Shown: piece after piece, positions 1 to 7,735 of the stretch
Layout: every line of letters begins with the position of its first letter
How positions within the stretch are numbered: the first letter of the stretch is position 1
Source of the DNA: Acidobacteriota bacterium
GTDB taxonomy: Bacteria; Acidobacteriota; UBA4820; DSQY01
Length of the DNA: 43,917 nucleotides
Direction of reading: 5' to 3'
Assembly: GCA_049967655.1 (NCBI GenBank)
Contig: JBMFSH010000022.1
Coordinates: 1 to 43,917 of the forward strand
Notes under the pieces: model-generated
What the model was told of the DNA's origin: nothing
Database searches by the model: none
Seen by the model: only the letters and a program-made list of their open reading frames with translations
Made by a program: the position numbers and the translations under genes

Positions 1-166
1 CCGCTCGGGTTCACCGGGGAAAGGCGTTGTCTCCTGGACGGGGAGGGCCATGGCCTTGCCGCCCCGAACCGCGAGCTTAGCCCGCCGGTTCGGGAGATTG
101 CCCTGCGGGGCCCCGCTCCACGGGCCAAGCCCGTGGAGCCTCACCCCACCCTTGGCGTCCTTTCGC
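1..166 (-). mobile_element. Partial copy of ~316-bp MITE-like element (family A), cut by window edge
   Basis: Reverse complement matches the internal part of 4753..5068 and 39554..39869 (e.g. GGGTGGGGTGAGGCTCCACGGGCTTGGCCCGTGG, CAGGGCAATCTCCCGAACCG, CCCTCCCCGTCCAGGAGACAA). Confidence 0.85.
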
Positions 167-247
167 GGTTGCATCGCCAAGCCCCTTTGGGGCAGACTGG
201 GCCGGCTAGGAGAGCTGCTCTTGCCGGTCGCGCCGCCTTCCAGTCAA

Positions 248-1285
248 ATGCCGCCTTGGCAGACCGCCTACGACCTGTTGCCCAAGGTGTCGCGGACCTT
301 CGCGCTGGGTATCGCCGGGCTGAAGGACCCGCTTCGCGGCTCGGTCTGCGTGGCCTATCTCCTCTGCCGCATCCTGGACACCGTGGAGGACGCCCCGGGC
401 CTGAGCGCCGCCGAGCGGTGGGCGCTGATGGAACCGCTCCTCTCGTGCCTGGAGAACGGAGGGACGCCTCCGCCGGCCTGGATCGCGCGGCTCATCGCCC
501 GGCTCGAAAGCCGCGCCGCGCCGGCCGACCTGACGCTGCTCAAGCACAGCGGCGACGTGCTCCTCTGCTACGCCGCTTGCGGAGAGATGGACCGCCTGAG
601 CATGACGCGCTGGGTCACGGAGATGGGCAAGGGGATGGTGGCCTGGAGCGAGCGCATGGGCGAGGAACCCGGCGCGGTCAAGACGCTCCCCTCCCCCGCC
701 GCGCTGGACCGCTATTGCTACTACATCGCCGGAACGGTGGGCTACCTCCTGACGGACCTCTTCTACATCCACGCGCCGGGGGTGGACAAGGCGCTCTTCT
801 TCCGGCTCGAACGGGACGCCGAATCCTTCGGCCTGGGGCTCCAAAAGGTCAACATCTTGAAGGACCTGGCGGACGACTACCACCGCGGGTGGTGCTTCCT
901 GCCGACCTCCCTGCTCAGGTCCGAGGGGCTGACCCCTTCCGACCTCGGCAACCCCTCCAGGGGCCCCGCCGTCTACCGGGCCGCCCTGCCCGTTTTGCTG
1001 AGCACCCGGGGGCACCTGGAGCGGGGCTGGCGGTACCTGACCCTGATACCCCTGGAGGAGCGGGAGATCCGGCTCTTCTTGGCGCAGAGTCTCTTCTTCG
1101 CGGTGCGGACTCTCGCCATGGTGGCTGAGGACCCCGCACGCCTGGCGGCGCCCGAGAAGCTGAAGATCTCGCGGATGGAGGTGGCCGCGCTGGTGGCCGC
1201 GCTGGCTCTCAAAATCTCACGGCCCGATGCACTGCGGGACTACTTTGCCGAGTGCGCCACCCCGCTGGCGAAGTTTGGACGGTGA
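248..1285 (+). CDS. Squalene/phytoene synthase family (head-to-head isoprenoid synthase)
   Basis: VSRTFALGI, AYLLCRILDTVED and GLQKVNILKD motifs. Start moved to ATG 248 because the upstream part of the ORF is repeat sequence. Confidence 0.88.
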   Translation: MPPWQTAYDLLPKVSRTFALGIAGLKDPLRGSVCVAYLLCRILDTVEDAPGLSAAERWALMEPLLSCLENGGTPPPAWIARLIARLESRAAPADLTLLKHSGDVLLCYAACGEMDRLSMTRWVTEMGKGMVAWSERMGEEPGAVKTLPSPAALDRYCYYIAGTVGYLLTDLFYIHAPGVDKALFFRLERDAESFGLGLQKVNILKDLADDYHRGWCFLPTSLLRSEGLTPSDLGNPSRGPAVYRAALPVLLSTRGHLERGWRYLTLIPLEEREIRLFLAQSLFFAVRTLAMVAEDPARLAAPEKLKISRMEVAALVAALALKISRPDALRDYFAECATPLAKFGR

Positions 1286-1430
1286 GTGAGGAGTGGAAGA
1301 ATCGGCCGCCAGTAGTCTTGAGATGGGATGAGGAGGCCGGCCTCATCATGGAAGACGCGCAGGAGGCCTCTCCAGGGGCCGATGCGCCGTGCCGCTTCCA
1401 CCCGTCGCGCTCTGGAGAGCGCTCCTGCGT
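1284..1430 (-). repeat. Dispersed intergenic repeat (family B), copy 1
   Basis: Reverse complement aligns with 31709..31870 (GGCCCCTGGAGAGGCCTCC core, TGGAAG(C/T)GGCA, TCCCATCTCA, CCACTCCTCAC). Confidence 0.65.
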
Positions 1431-1514
1431 TGGCCTTGGGTTGAGCGTGCGTGGACGGACGCGAAGAGGAAAGCGGAGAGCAGGCCGCCTGCCGAGTTTT
1501 CCCAAAATCCCGAA

Positions 1515-2330
1515 TCACCAATACTTTTCCAGGTGCACCTGGCCGGGCCGGGCCTTCGTATGCTCGGTGAAGCCCTGCTCCGACAGGAGCTTCAGCATGC
1601 CCTCGATCATGAGGGGGTTGCCGCACAGGAAGACGTGGGTGTCGGAGGGATCGGGCCGAAAGCCGAGGAATTCTCGCGGGTCCCCTCCAACCAGGTTCTC
1701 GTGGATGAAGCCCGTTCGCCCCCTCCAGGGCACCGACTCCTCCTCGGGATCGCTCACGATGGGCACGTAGGCGAAACGCGGGCAGAGGCGGCGCATGGTC
1801 TGAAGCTCGGCGTGGTAGCCGAGGTCCCAGGAGTGCCGGGCGCCGTGGACCACAGCCACTCTCGCCTGGTGGATCTCCGAGAGGTGGGTCCTGAGCATGC
1901 TCATGTAGGGGGCGATCCCCGTGCCGGTGGCGATGAGCAGGATGTTCTGCCCCTCGGGCACCTGGTCCATGGTGAACATCCCCACCACTTTGGGTGAGAG
2001 CCACAGGGCATCGCCCGGTCCCAGTGCGAAGAGGCGGGGCGTCAGGGCCCCGGAGCGCACCAGGGTGATGTAAAACTCCACGTACTCGTCCTCCACGGAG
2101 GAGGAGGCGATGGAGTAGGCCCTGCGGATGAGCTTCGCGGGGTCGGCCGGGGGCTCCTCGGGATCGGTGAAGGGAGCCCGCCGCGCCGCGCCCAGGAGGC
2201 CCAGGACGGTGTACTGGCCGGCCTTGAAGGAGGGCAGCGCCCACCCCGACGGTACCACCCTCAGGATCATGAGGCCGGAGGCCACGTCCACCCGCTGCGC
2301 CACCACCGCGTTATATTCCGTAATCGCCAT
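1515..2330 (-). CDS. fpr: Ferredoxin/flavodoxin-NADP+ reductase (bacterial Fpr type)
   Basis: RAYSIAS FAD motif, ATGTGIAPY, CGNPLM, C-terminal EKYW. Confidence 0.9.
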   Translation of the reverse strand: MAITEYNAVVAQRVDVASGLMILRVVPSGWALPSFKAGQYTVLGLLGAARRAPFTDPEEPPADPAKLIRRAYSIASSSVEDEYVEFYITLVRSGALTPRLFALGPGDALWLSPKVVGMFTMDQVPEGQNILLIATGTGIAPYMSMLRTHLSEIHQARVAVVHGARHSWDLGYHAELQTMRRLCPRFAYVPIVSDPEEESVPWRGRTGFIHENLVGGDPREFLGFRPDPSDTHVFLCGNPLMIEGMLKLLSEQGFTEHTKARPGQVHLEKYW

Positions 2331-2375
2331 CTGGATTCCCCCCGGCAGGTGCCCTCGGCTCCGTATCTGCCGCGA

Positions 2376-2897
2376 TCAGTGCCGCTTGGGCTTCCTCTTT
2401 TTCGGGCGCTCCCGCTTCTGGATGTAGCGGCGCGGCCGTTGCGTCTCCACCTCCACCTCCACCAGCTCCTCGGCCCGGACCGTGTGGAAGGAGAGGAGCA
2501 CGAGGTGCTCGTTCCCCACCTCGAAGGCGTGCGGCGTTCCTTCGGGGATCACCAGGACGGAGAGCTCCGGAAAGGCCGGATCGAAGGGCTGCAGGTAGAA
2601 GCTCTTGTCGCCCACGTGGCCCGTCCCGCCGCCCGCGATGACCGAGGTGTACTGCACCGAGTTGGGGTGCTGGTGGGCCGGCGTCACGGTCTGGGGCTTG
2701 AGGACGAAGACCCAGGCGCTCTCGACGCCGGGGGGGAGCCGGTCCGTCACCGTCTCCTCCGGGAGGGGCGCCCCTTCGAAGGCCGCGCTGCCCTTCGAGA
2801 GCTTCTCCGTGAGCTCGCGCACCAGGGCCTTGACGGGCGTCGTGTAGCGCCAGCCGTCCACCAGTGCCGCCAGCTTCGCGATGCGGAAGGAGGTCAT
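2376..2897 (-). CDS. Cupin-fold hypothetical protein (start uncertain)
   Basis: TPAHQHPNS ... IPEGTPHAF cupin metal-binding His pattern; basic C-terminal tail. Confidence 0.65.
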   Translation of the reverse strand: MTSFRIAKLAALVDGWRYTTPVKALVRELTEKLSKGSAAFEGAPLPEETVTDRLPPGVESAWVFVLKPQTVTPAHQHPNSVQYTSVIAGGGTGHVGDKSFYLQPFDPAFPELSVLVIPEGTPHAFEVGNEHLVLLSFHTVRAEELVEVEVETQRPRRYIQKRERPKKRKPKRH

Positions 2898-2974
2898 GAA
2901 TACGTGGCCCGCCGGTTTCAACGGTCCGGCGGGCATCCCCAGCGACGTAGTATACACGATTCACCGGGAGCTAA

Positions 2975-3155
2975 GGACCCGCGCAGGAATAGGCTAACGG
3001 AATTCGCGCCCAGATTCGTGTGAGATTGGCGCGATTGGAGGGAGCAAAACCGCAGGCGCAGTTGAAGACTACGTTGAGGATTTTGCGAGCGAGAATCGCG
3101 TCAAGATCGCGCGAAGATGGGATGCGAAAACGTTAAGTTATTTCTGCGCTGATCC
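2975..3155. mobile_element. 181-bp palindromic MITE (family C) with TAA target duplication
   Basis: Imperfect terminal inverted repeats GGACCCGCGCAGGAATAGGCTAACG / CGTTAAGTTATTTCTGCGCTGATCC; TAA on both sides (2972-2974, 3156-3158); interior self-complementary. Confidence 0.7.
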
Positions 3156-3180
3156 TAAGGCCGAAAGCGGAAAGAAGGAA

Positions 3181-3455
3181 TCACCACAGAGGCACAGAGA
3201 CACAGAGGGAGAGGAATTTTTGGAGAAGAGCGTCTACCCCATCTTCCCTCGTTCCCAATCTCCGGTTCAGCCCTCGCTTCATGCGCCCTGCGCCGCTGAG
3301 CGGCTAGTGCCGAGCAAAAAGAAGGAGAAGAGGAAAGGGAGCTGGTGACCGGGCACAGGGATGAGGTGATGAGGACATGAGGTGAGCTGGCACTTTTTCT
3401 TAATGTCTATCTTCGGATTCCAGATTTTCTCTGTGCCTCTGCGCCTCTGTGGTGA
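3181..3455. repeat. REP-like inverted repeat pair (27 bp, 2 mismatches)
   Basis: TCACCACAGAGGCACAGAGACACAGAG (3181-3207) vs CTCTGTGCCTCTGCGCCTCTGTGGTGA (3429-3455). Confidence 0.75.
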
Positions 3456-3456
3456 G

Positions 3457-4635
3457 TCATTTCCTATTTGGCCTCGTCCCTTCTACCTCCCTGTTTCCAT
3501 CCTTACGGCTTCCCTCGTAGAGTTCGAAGACGAGCAGGCGGCACTCCATAGGGCCGTTGAAGAGCGGGATCTTGCGCGAGGGGTGGAGGCCGACGCGCTT
3601 GGCGAGCGCCGTGTTTCCCGTCAGGACGGCGGCCCTCCAGCCGGCGAAGCGCTGCTTCAGCACGTCCCCGAGGCCCCGGTAGAGAGGCGCGAGCTCCTCG
3701 CCGGCCCCCGCGTGGTCGCCGTAGGGAGGGTTGGTGACCAGGAGGCCCGGCCCCGCCGGCGGACGGAACCCCGAGACGTCGGCCCGCCGAAACCGAACCC
3801 AGCGGCCCACGCCCGCGGCCTCGGCGTTGGCCTGAGCCGCCCGGATGGCCGAGGCGTCGGCATCGCCGCCCACGATGGGCGAGGGCGCGGGGCGGACGGA
3901 GGAACGGGCCTCCTCCACTTGCCGCTTCCAGATCCGCTCCTCGAAGCCGGCCCAGCGCTGGAAACCGAAGGGCCGCTTTCTCAGGAGCCCAGGGGCGGTC
4001 CGGGTGGCGATGAGGGCGGCCTCCACACAGATCGTCCCGGAGCCGCAGAAGGGATCAACGAAGGGAGCGCTCCCGTCGTAGCCCACGAGTAGCAGCATGC
4101 CGGCCGCGAGGGTCTCGTTGAGGGGGGCCGCCACCGAGCGCTCCCGGTAGCCGCGCTTGTGGAGCGGTCCGCCCGAGGAGTCTAGGCTGACGGTGCAGGT
4201 TCCGCCCGCCAGGTGGACCACGACCTGCACGTCGGGGTTCCGCCGGTCCACGTCGGGCCGGCTGCCGAGCCTCTCCCTCAGGGCGTCGGCCACGGCGTCC
4301 TTGACCTTGAGGGCCGCGTAGCCCGAATGGGTGATGGCCGAGTCCCGCACGCTGGCCTCCACGGCGAAGGTCCGCCCCGCCGAGAGGGCGCGATGCCACG
4401 GCAGGGCCAGCGCGCCCGAGTACAGATCCTCGCCGCTCTTCACCTCGAAGGAGCCCAGAGGCAGCAGCACCCGTCGCGCGGCCCTCAGCCAGAGGTTGGC
4501 CCGGTACGCGTCGGCCATGCTTCCGCTGAATCCAACCACCCCCGGTCCGGCCTCTTCGGGCTTCAGGCCCAATCCGCGCAGCTCCTCCCGCACCGCCCCT
4601 TCCAGCCCCTTGGCCACCGTCACCAGGATCTGCAT
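3457..4635 (-). CDS. rlmL: THUMP-domain class I SAM-dependent RNA methyltransferase (RlmL-like)
   Basis: LHKRGYR, APLNETLAA, DPFCGSGT, NPPYG motifs; GGAGG RBS ahead of ATG 4635. Confidence 0.85.
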   Translation of the reverse strand: MQILVTVAKGLEGAVREELRGLGLKPEEAGPGVVGFSGSMADAYRANLWLRAARRVLLPLGSFEVKSGEDLYSGALALPWHRALSAGRTFAVEASVRDSAITHSGYAALKVKDAVADALRERLGSRPDVDRRNPDVQVVVHLAGGTCTVSLDSSGGPLHKRGYRERSVAAPLNETLAAGMLLLVGYDGSAPFVDPFCGSGTICVEAALIATRTAPGLLRKRPFGFQRWAGFEERIWKRQVEEARSSVRPAPSPIVGGDADASAIRAAQANAEAAGVGRWVRFRRADVSGFRPPAGPGLLVTNPPYGDHAGAGEELAPLYRGLGDVLKQRFAGWRAAVLTGNTALAKRVGLHPSRKIPLFNGPMECRLLVFELYEGSRKDGNREVEGTRPNRK

Positions 4636-4752
4636 GGCGCCTCCTCCCGACATGGTACAGGCCAACGGTCGGCAAGAACAGGGAGGAGAAGGACCCCAAT
4701 CCCGCGATGGAGGAGGGGAATAGCCGTGGAAGGCGCGACAGATCACGTACGG

Positions 4753-5068
4753 TCCCAAATTCCGCGATGGAACGGGGGAAAGAGCATGAAAAGCAGGCGG
4801 AACAAGCCATTGAATGAAGAGGCCCTTGTCACCTATCAAGGGATTGGGGCGCCCTCGAGCCTAGCGCGAGAGGGCGCCACGGGTGGGGTGAGGCTCCACG
4901 GGCTTGGCCCGTGGGAAGGGGCCCCGCAGGGCAATCTCCCGAACCGGCGGGCTTAGCCTGCGGTTCGGGGGCAAGGCTATGGCCCTCCCCGTCCAGGAGA
5001 CAACGCCTTTCCCCGGTGAACCCGAGTGGTAGTCGGAGGCACCCGCGTTTCCATCGCGGAATTTGGGA
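4753..5068 (+). mobile_element. 316-bp MITE-like element (family A), full copy
   Basis: Perfect 20-bp terminal inverted repeat TCCCAAATTCCGCGATGGAA / TTCCATCGCGGAATTTGGGA; three copies in window; no transposase inside. A degenerate extra left end lies at ~4694-4731. Confidence 0.85.
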
Positions 5069-5223
5069 AAGAGCGCGAGGCATTGAAGGCCATGGTTCCC
5101 AAGGGCCAGACCGAAACGATCACCGTGGTCGACCCTGACGGCGTCTCCTCGCAGGGCTTCAGCTTCAGCTGGACCCCCTCGGGCGGTGCAGGCGGCGGCG
5201 GGGGTGGAGGAGGCGGCTACTGA
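5069..5223 (+). pseudogene. Probable 3' remnant of a gene, abutting the MITE
   Basis: Reads ALKAMVPKGQTETITVVDPDGVSSQGFSFSWTPSGG...Y-stop with coding-like GC3 bias; the only upstream start (5026) lies inside the MITE. Confidence 0.45.
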
Positions 5224-5264
5224 GATCGGGCATGGTGCCCCGCCGGTCGGGGCGGCAGGTTGAT

Positions 5265-5293
5265 AAAAAAAAGCCCCCGGACCGGCCGAGGGC
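5265..5293 (-). terminator. Intrinsic terminator ending the apr-qmo-dsr cluster
   Basis: Minus strand GCCCTCGG-CCGGT-CCGGGGGC followed by T8, about 110 bp downstream of dsrP. Confidence 0.8.
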
Positions 5294-5404
5294 ATCATGG
5301 AGAAAAAATGAACAAGGGGTCTAGCACGGCTCTCCCGGAGGGCCGGTGCCGGCACCCCTTCCTCGGCCGGCCGCCCTCCTCCGGGAGCTGGAACCGAAGC
5401 CGCC

Positions 5405-6565
5405 TCAGCCCAGCTGGTGCCGGACCGAGAGGGCGATCTTGTAGAACACCGTGATCATGAGCATGCCGATGGCCCAGATGGAGGCCACGATGGTCATCTC
5501 GGGCAGCGTCGGTACGTAGCTCGTGACCGTCTCCAGCGGCGAGGGGATAAATCCACCGATGATGAGCCCGATGCCCTTGTCAATCCAGAGCGACAGAAAC
5601 ACGATGACGCAGGTGAAGGCTAGCAGCTTCTCGTTCTTTCGGTAGCGCGGCACGATCAGCAAAACGAGAGAGAGGAGCGCGAAGGTCACGGAGGTCCACA
5701 TCCACGGCACCAACTCCGTGTTGCCGTCGAGGCCGACAAAGAGGAACTTCAGGTGGGCGGCGTCCTCGGGGATATTGCTGTAGAGCGAGGTGAAGACCTC
5801 CATCAGCACGAAGAAGACGTTGATGAGCATGGCGTAGGTCACGATGAGCGCCAGCTTCTGGATCGCCTCGGAGCCCGCGTCGAACTTGGTGAGCTTGCGA
5901 ATCACCATGGCCAGCAGGATGAGCAGCGAAGGGCCCGCCGCGAAGGCGGAGGCGAGAAAACGAGGGGCGAGGATGGCGGTCAGCCAGAAGGCGCGGCCGG
6001 GCAGGCCGTTGTAGAGGAAGGCCGTGACGGTGTGGATGGAGACCGCCCACGGGATCGAGAGGAGGATGATGGGCTTGATCCAGTGGGGAGGCGCCACCCC
6101 CTCCCGCTCCGATTCGAGCATGACGTAGGAGATGAGGGCGTTCAGAAACAGGTAGCCCGAGAGGGAGACCATGTCCCAAAACATCATGGAGTGAGGCGTC
6201 GGGTGGAGCATCACGTTGAGAACCCGCATGGGCTGGCCCATGTCCACGAAGATGAAGAGCATGCACATGGTCACCGCGGAGACCGCCAGGAACTCGCCCA
6301 GGATCGTGATCTTCCCGAAGGCCTTGTAGTTGTGGAGGTAGTAGGGCAGGACCACCATGACGGCGGAGGCCGCCACGCCCACGAAGAAGGTGAACTGGGC
6401 GATGTAGAGCCCCCAGCTCACGTCCCGGCTCATCCCCGTGATGCCGAGTCCCTCCTTGAGCTGTAACAGGTAACAGAGGAAGCCGGCGAGGATGACGGCG
6501 AGCAGGCACCCCACCCAGATCCAGTATCTCCGGCTTCCGACGACCGCTTTCTCGAGCATGAACAT
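5405..6565 (-). CDS. dsrP: DsrP, NrfD/PsrC-family membrane subunit
   Basis: GMSRDVSWGLYIAQFTFFVGVAASAV, PWAVSIHTVTAFLY; multi-TM; last gene of dsrMKJOP. Confidence 0.95.
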   Translation of the reverse strand: MFMLEKAVVGSRRYWIWVGCLLAVILAGFLCYLLQLKEGLGITGMSRDVSWGLYIAQFTFFVGVAASAVMVVLPYYLHNYKAFGKITILGEFLAVSAVTMCMLFIFVDMGQPMRVLNVMLHPTPHSMMFWDMVSLSGYLFLNALISYVMLESEREGVAPPHWIKPIILLSIPWAVSIHTVTAFLYNGLPGRAFWLTAILAPRFLASAFAAGPSLLILLAMVIRKLTKFDAGSEAIQKLALIVTYAMLINVFFVLMEVFTSLYSNIPEDAAHLKFLFVGLDGNTELVPWMWTSVTFALLSLVLLIVPRYRKNEKLLAFTCVIVFLSLWIDKGIGLIIGGFIPSPLETVTSYVPTLPEMTIVASIWAIGMLMITVFYKIALSVRHQLG

Positions 6566-6575
6566 AGCCGGCTCC

Positions 6576-7343
6576 TCACACCAGATAGTAGACTTCGGGC
6601 TGGGTGCCCAGCTCGGGGTTCCGCCGGATGCTGAAGCGGGCCTTGAGCAGCTGCCGGACCTCCGAGTCGGGATCGTCCAGGTTGCCGAACACCATGGCCT
6701 TGGCCTCGCAGGCCTCCACGCAGGCCGGCCCTTCGCCCCTGGCCAGCCGCTCCTCGCAGAAGGTGCACTTCTCCACCACGCCCTTGGTGCGCGTGGGGAA
6801 GTCGGTGTCGAGGTGGGCGATGTGGGGGCGCGGGTCGAGCCAGTTGAAGCTCCTGGAACCATAGGGGCAGGCGGCCATGCAGTAGCGGCAGCCGATGCAG
6901 CGGTGCCAGTCCATCATCACGATGCCGTCCTCCCGCCTGAAGGTCGCCTGGGTGGGGCATACCCGCACGCACGGGGGGTTGTTGCAGTGGTTGCACATGA
7001 GGATGAAGGGGCTGTCCTTGTATTGTTCGACGGTGTATTGGTCCTCCTGCCCAGGGAAGGCGTCCTTGAAGGGCTCCTTCCAAATCCACTTGACGGCGTG
7101 CTTGGGGTTCTTGAAGTCGGGAATGTTGTGCACCTTGTCGCACGCCGCGATGCAGGCGGTGCAGCCCTTGTCCTTGAGGCACTTGGCCGGATCAATGACC
7201 ATGGCCCACCGCGTGTTGGCCAGGGTTCCGCCCTGCTTGGGCTGGGAACCGCTGGCGAGGGCGTCTACGGAAGCCTTTCCGGCCAGGACCAGCGCAGAGG
7301 CGCCAGCGGCGACGCCGAGGAATTTTCTTCTGTCCATGCTCAT
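6576..7343 (-). CDS. dsrO: DsrO, periplasmic Fe-S subunit
   Basis: Tat motif DRRKFLG; CNHCNNPPCVRVCP, CIGCRYCMAACP, EKCTFC. Confidence 0.95.
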   Translation of the reverse strand: MSMDRRKFLGVAAGASALVLAGKASVDALASGSQPKQGGTLANTRWAMVIDPAKCLKDKGCTACIAACDKVHNIPDFKNPKHAVKWIWKEPFKDAFPGQEDQYTVEQYKDSPFILMCNHCNNPPCVRVCPTQATFRREDGIVMMDWHRCIGCRYCMAACPYGSRSFNWLDPRPHIAHLDTDFPTRTKGVVEKCTFCEERLARGEGPACVEACEAKAMVFGNLDDPDSEVRQLLKARFSIRRNPELGTQPEVYYLV

Positions 7344-7735
7344 CCTCTGCTCCTCTGGGCTAGCGCGGGGTCGATGTGGCACTCCCAGCAGTAGGGCGCG
7401 ACTCCCGCATAGGCGTGACAGCGGTCGCAGAACTCCTCCTTGTTGGTGTGGCACTTCAGGCAGGTCCCCGTGAGGCGCATGTCGTAGGTCTTGCCGTCGA
7501 AGGCCTTGTAGGTGAGCCGATCCTGCCGGACCACCTGGTCCCGCCAGGAGAGGAGCAGGTCCATGTGCGAGGTGCGCATGTACTCCAGGGGCGCCACGCA
7601 GTCCTTCTCCGCCGTGGGCAGCTTGGGATCGGGCCCCTTGCTCGTGGTCCCCGCCGCCAAGTCGTACCAGACGGGGAAGGTGATGAGCACCAGGAAGAAC
7701 ACGAGGCCCGCGAAGATCAAGCCCTTGTCACGCAT
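7340..7735 (-). CDS. dsrJ: DsrJ, triheme cytochrome c
   Basis: N-terminal TM; CV..YMRTSHM; three CxxCH (CLKCH, CDRCH, CWECH). Confidence 0.95.
   Translation of the reverse strand: MRDKGLIFAGLVFFLVLITFPVWYDLAAGTTSKGPDPKLPTAEKDCVAPLEYMRTSHMDLLLSWRDQVVRQDRLTYKAFDGKTYDMRLTGTCLKCHTNKEEFCDRCHAYAGVAPYCWECHIDPALAQRSRG

Noticed and set aside
50..247. N-terminal extension of the squalene synthase ORF
   Set aside because: Mostly translated MITE sequence; the same peptide appears in ORFs over the other copies.
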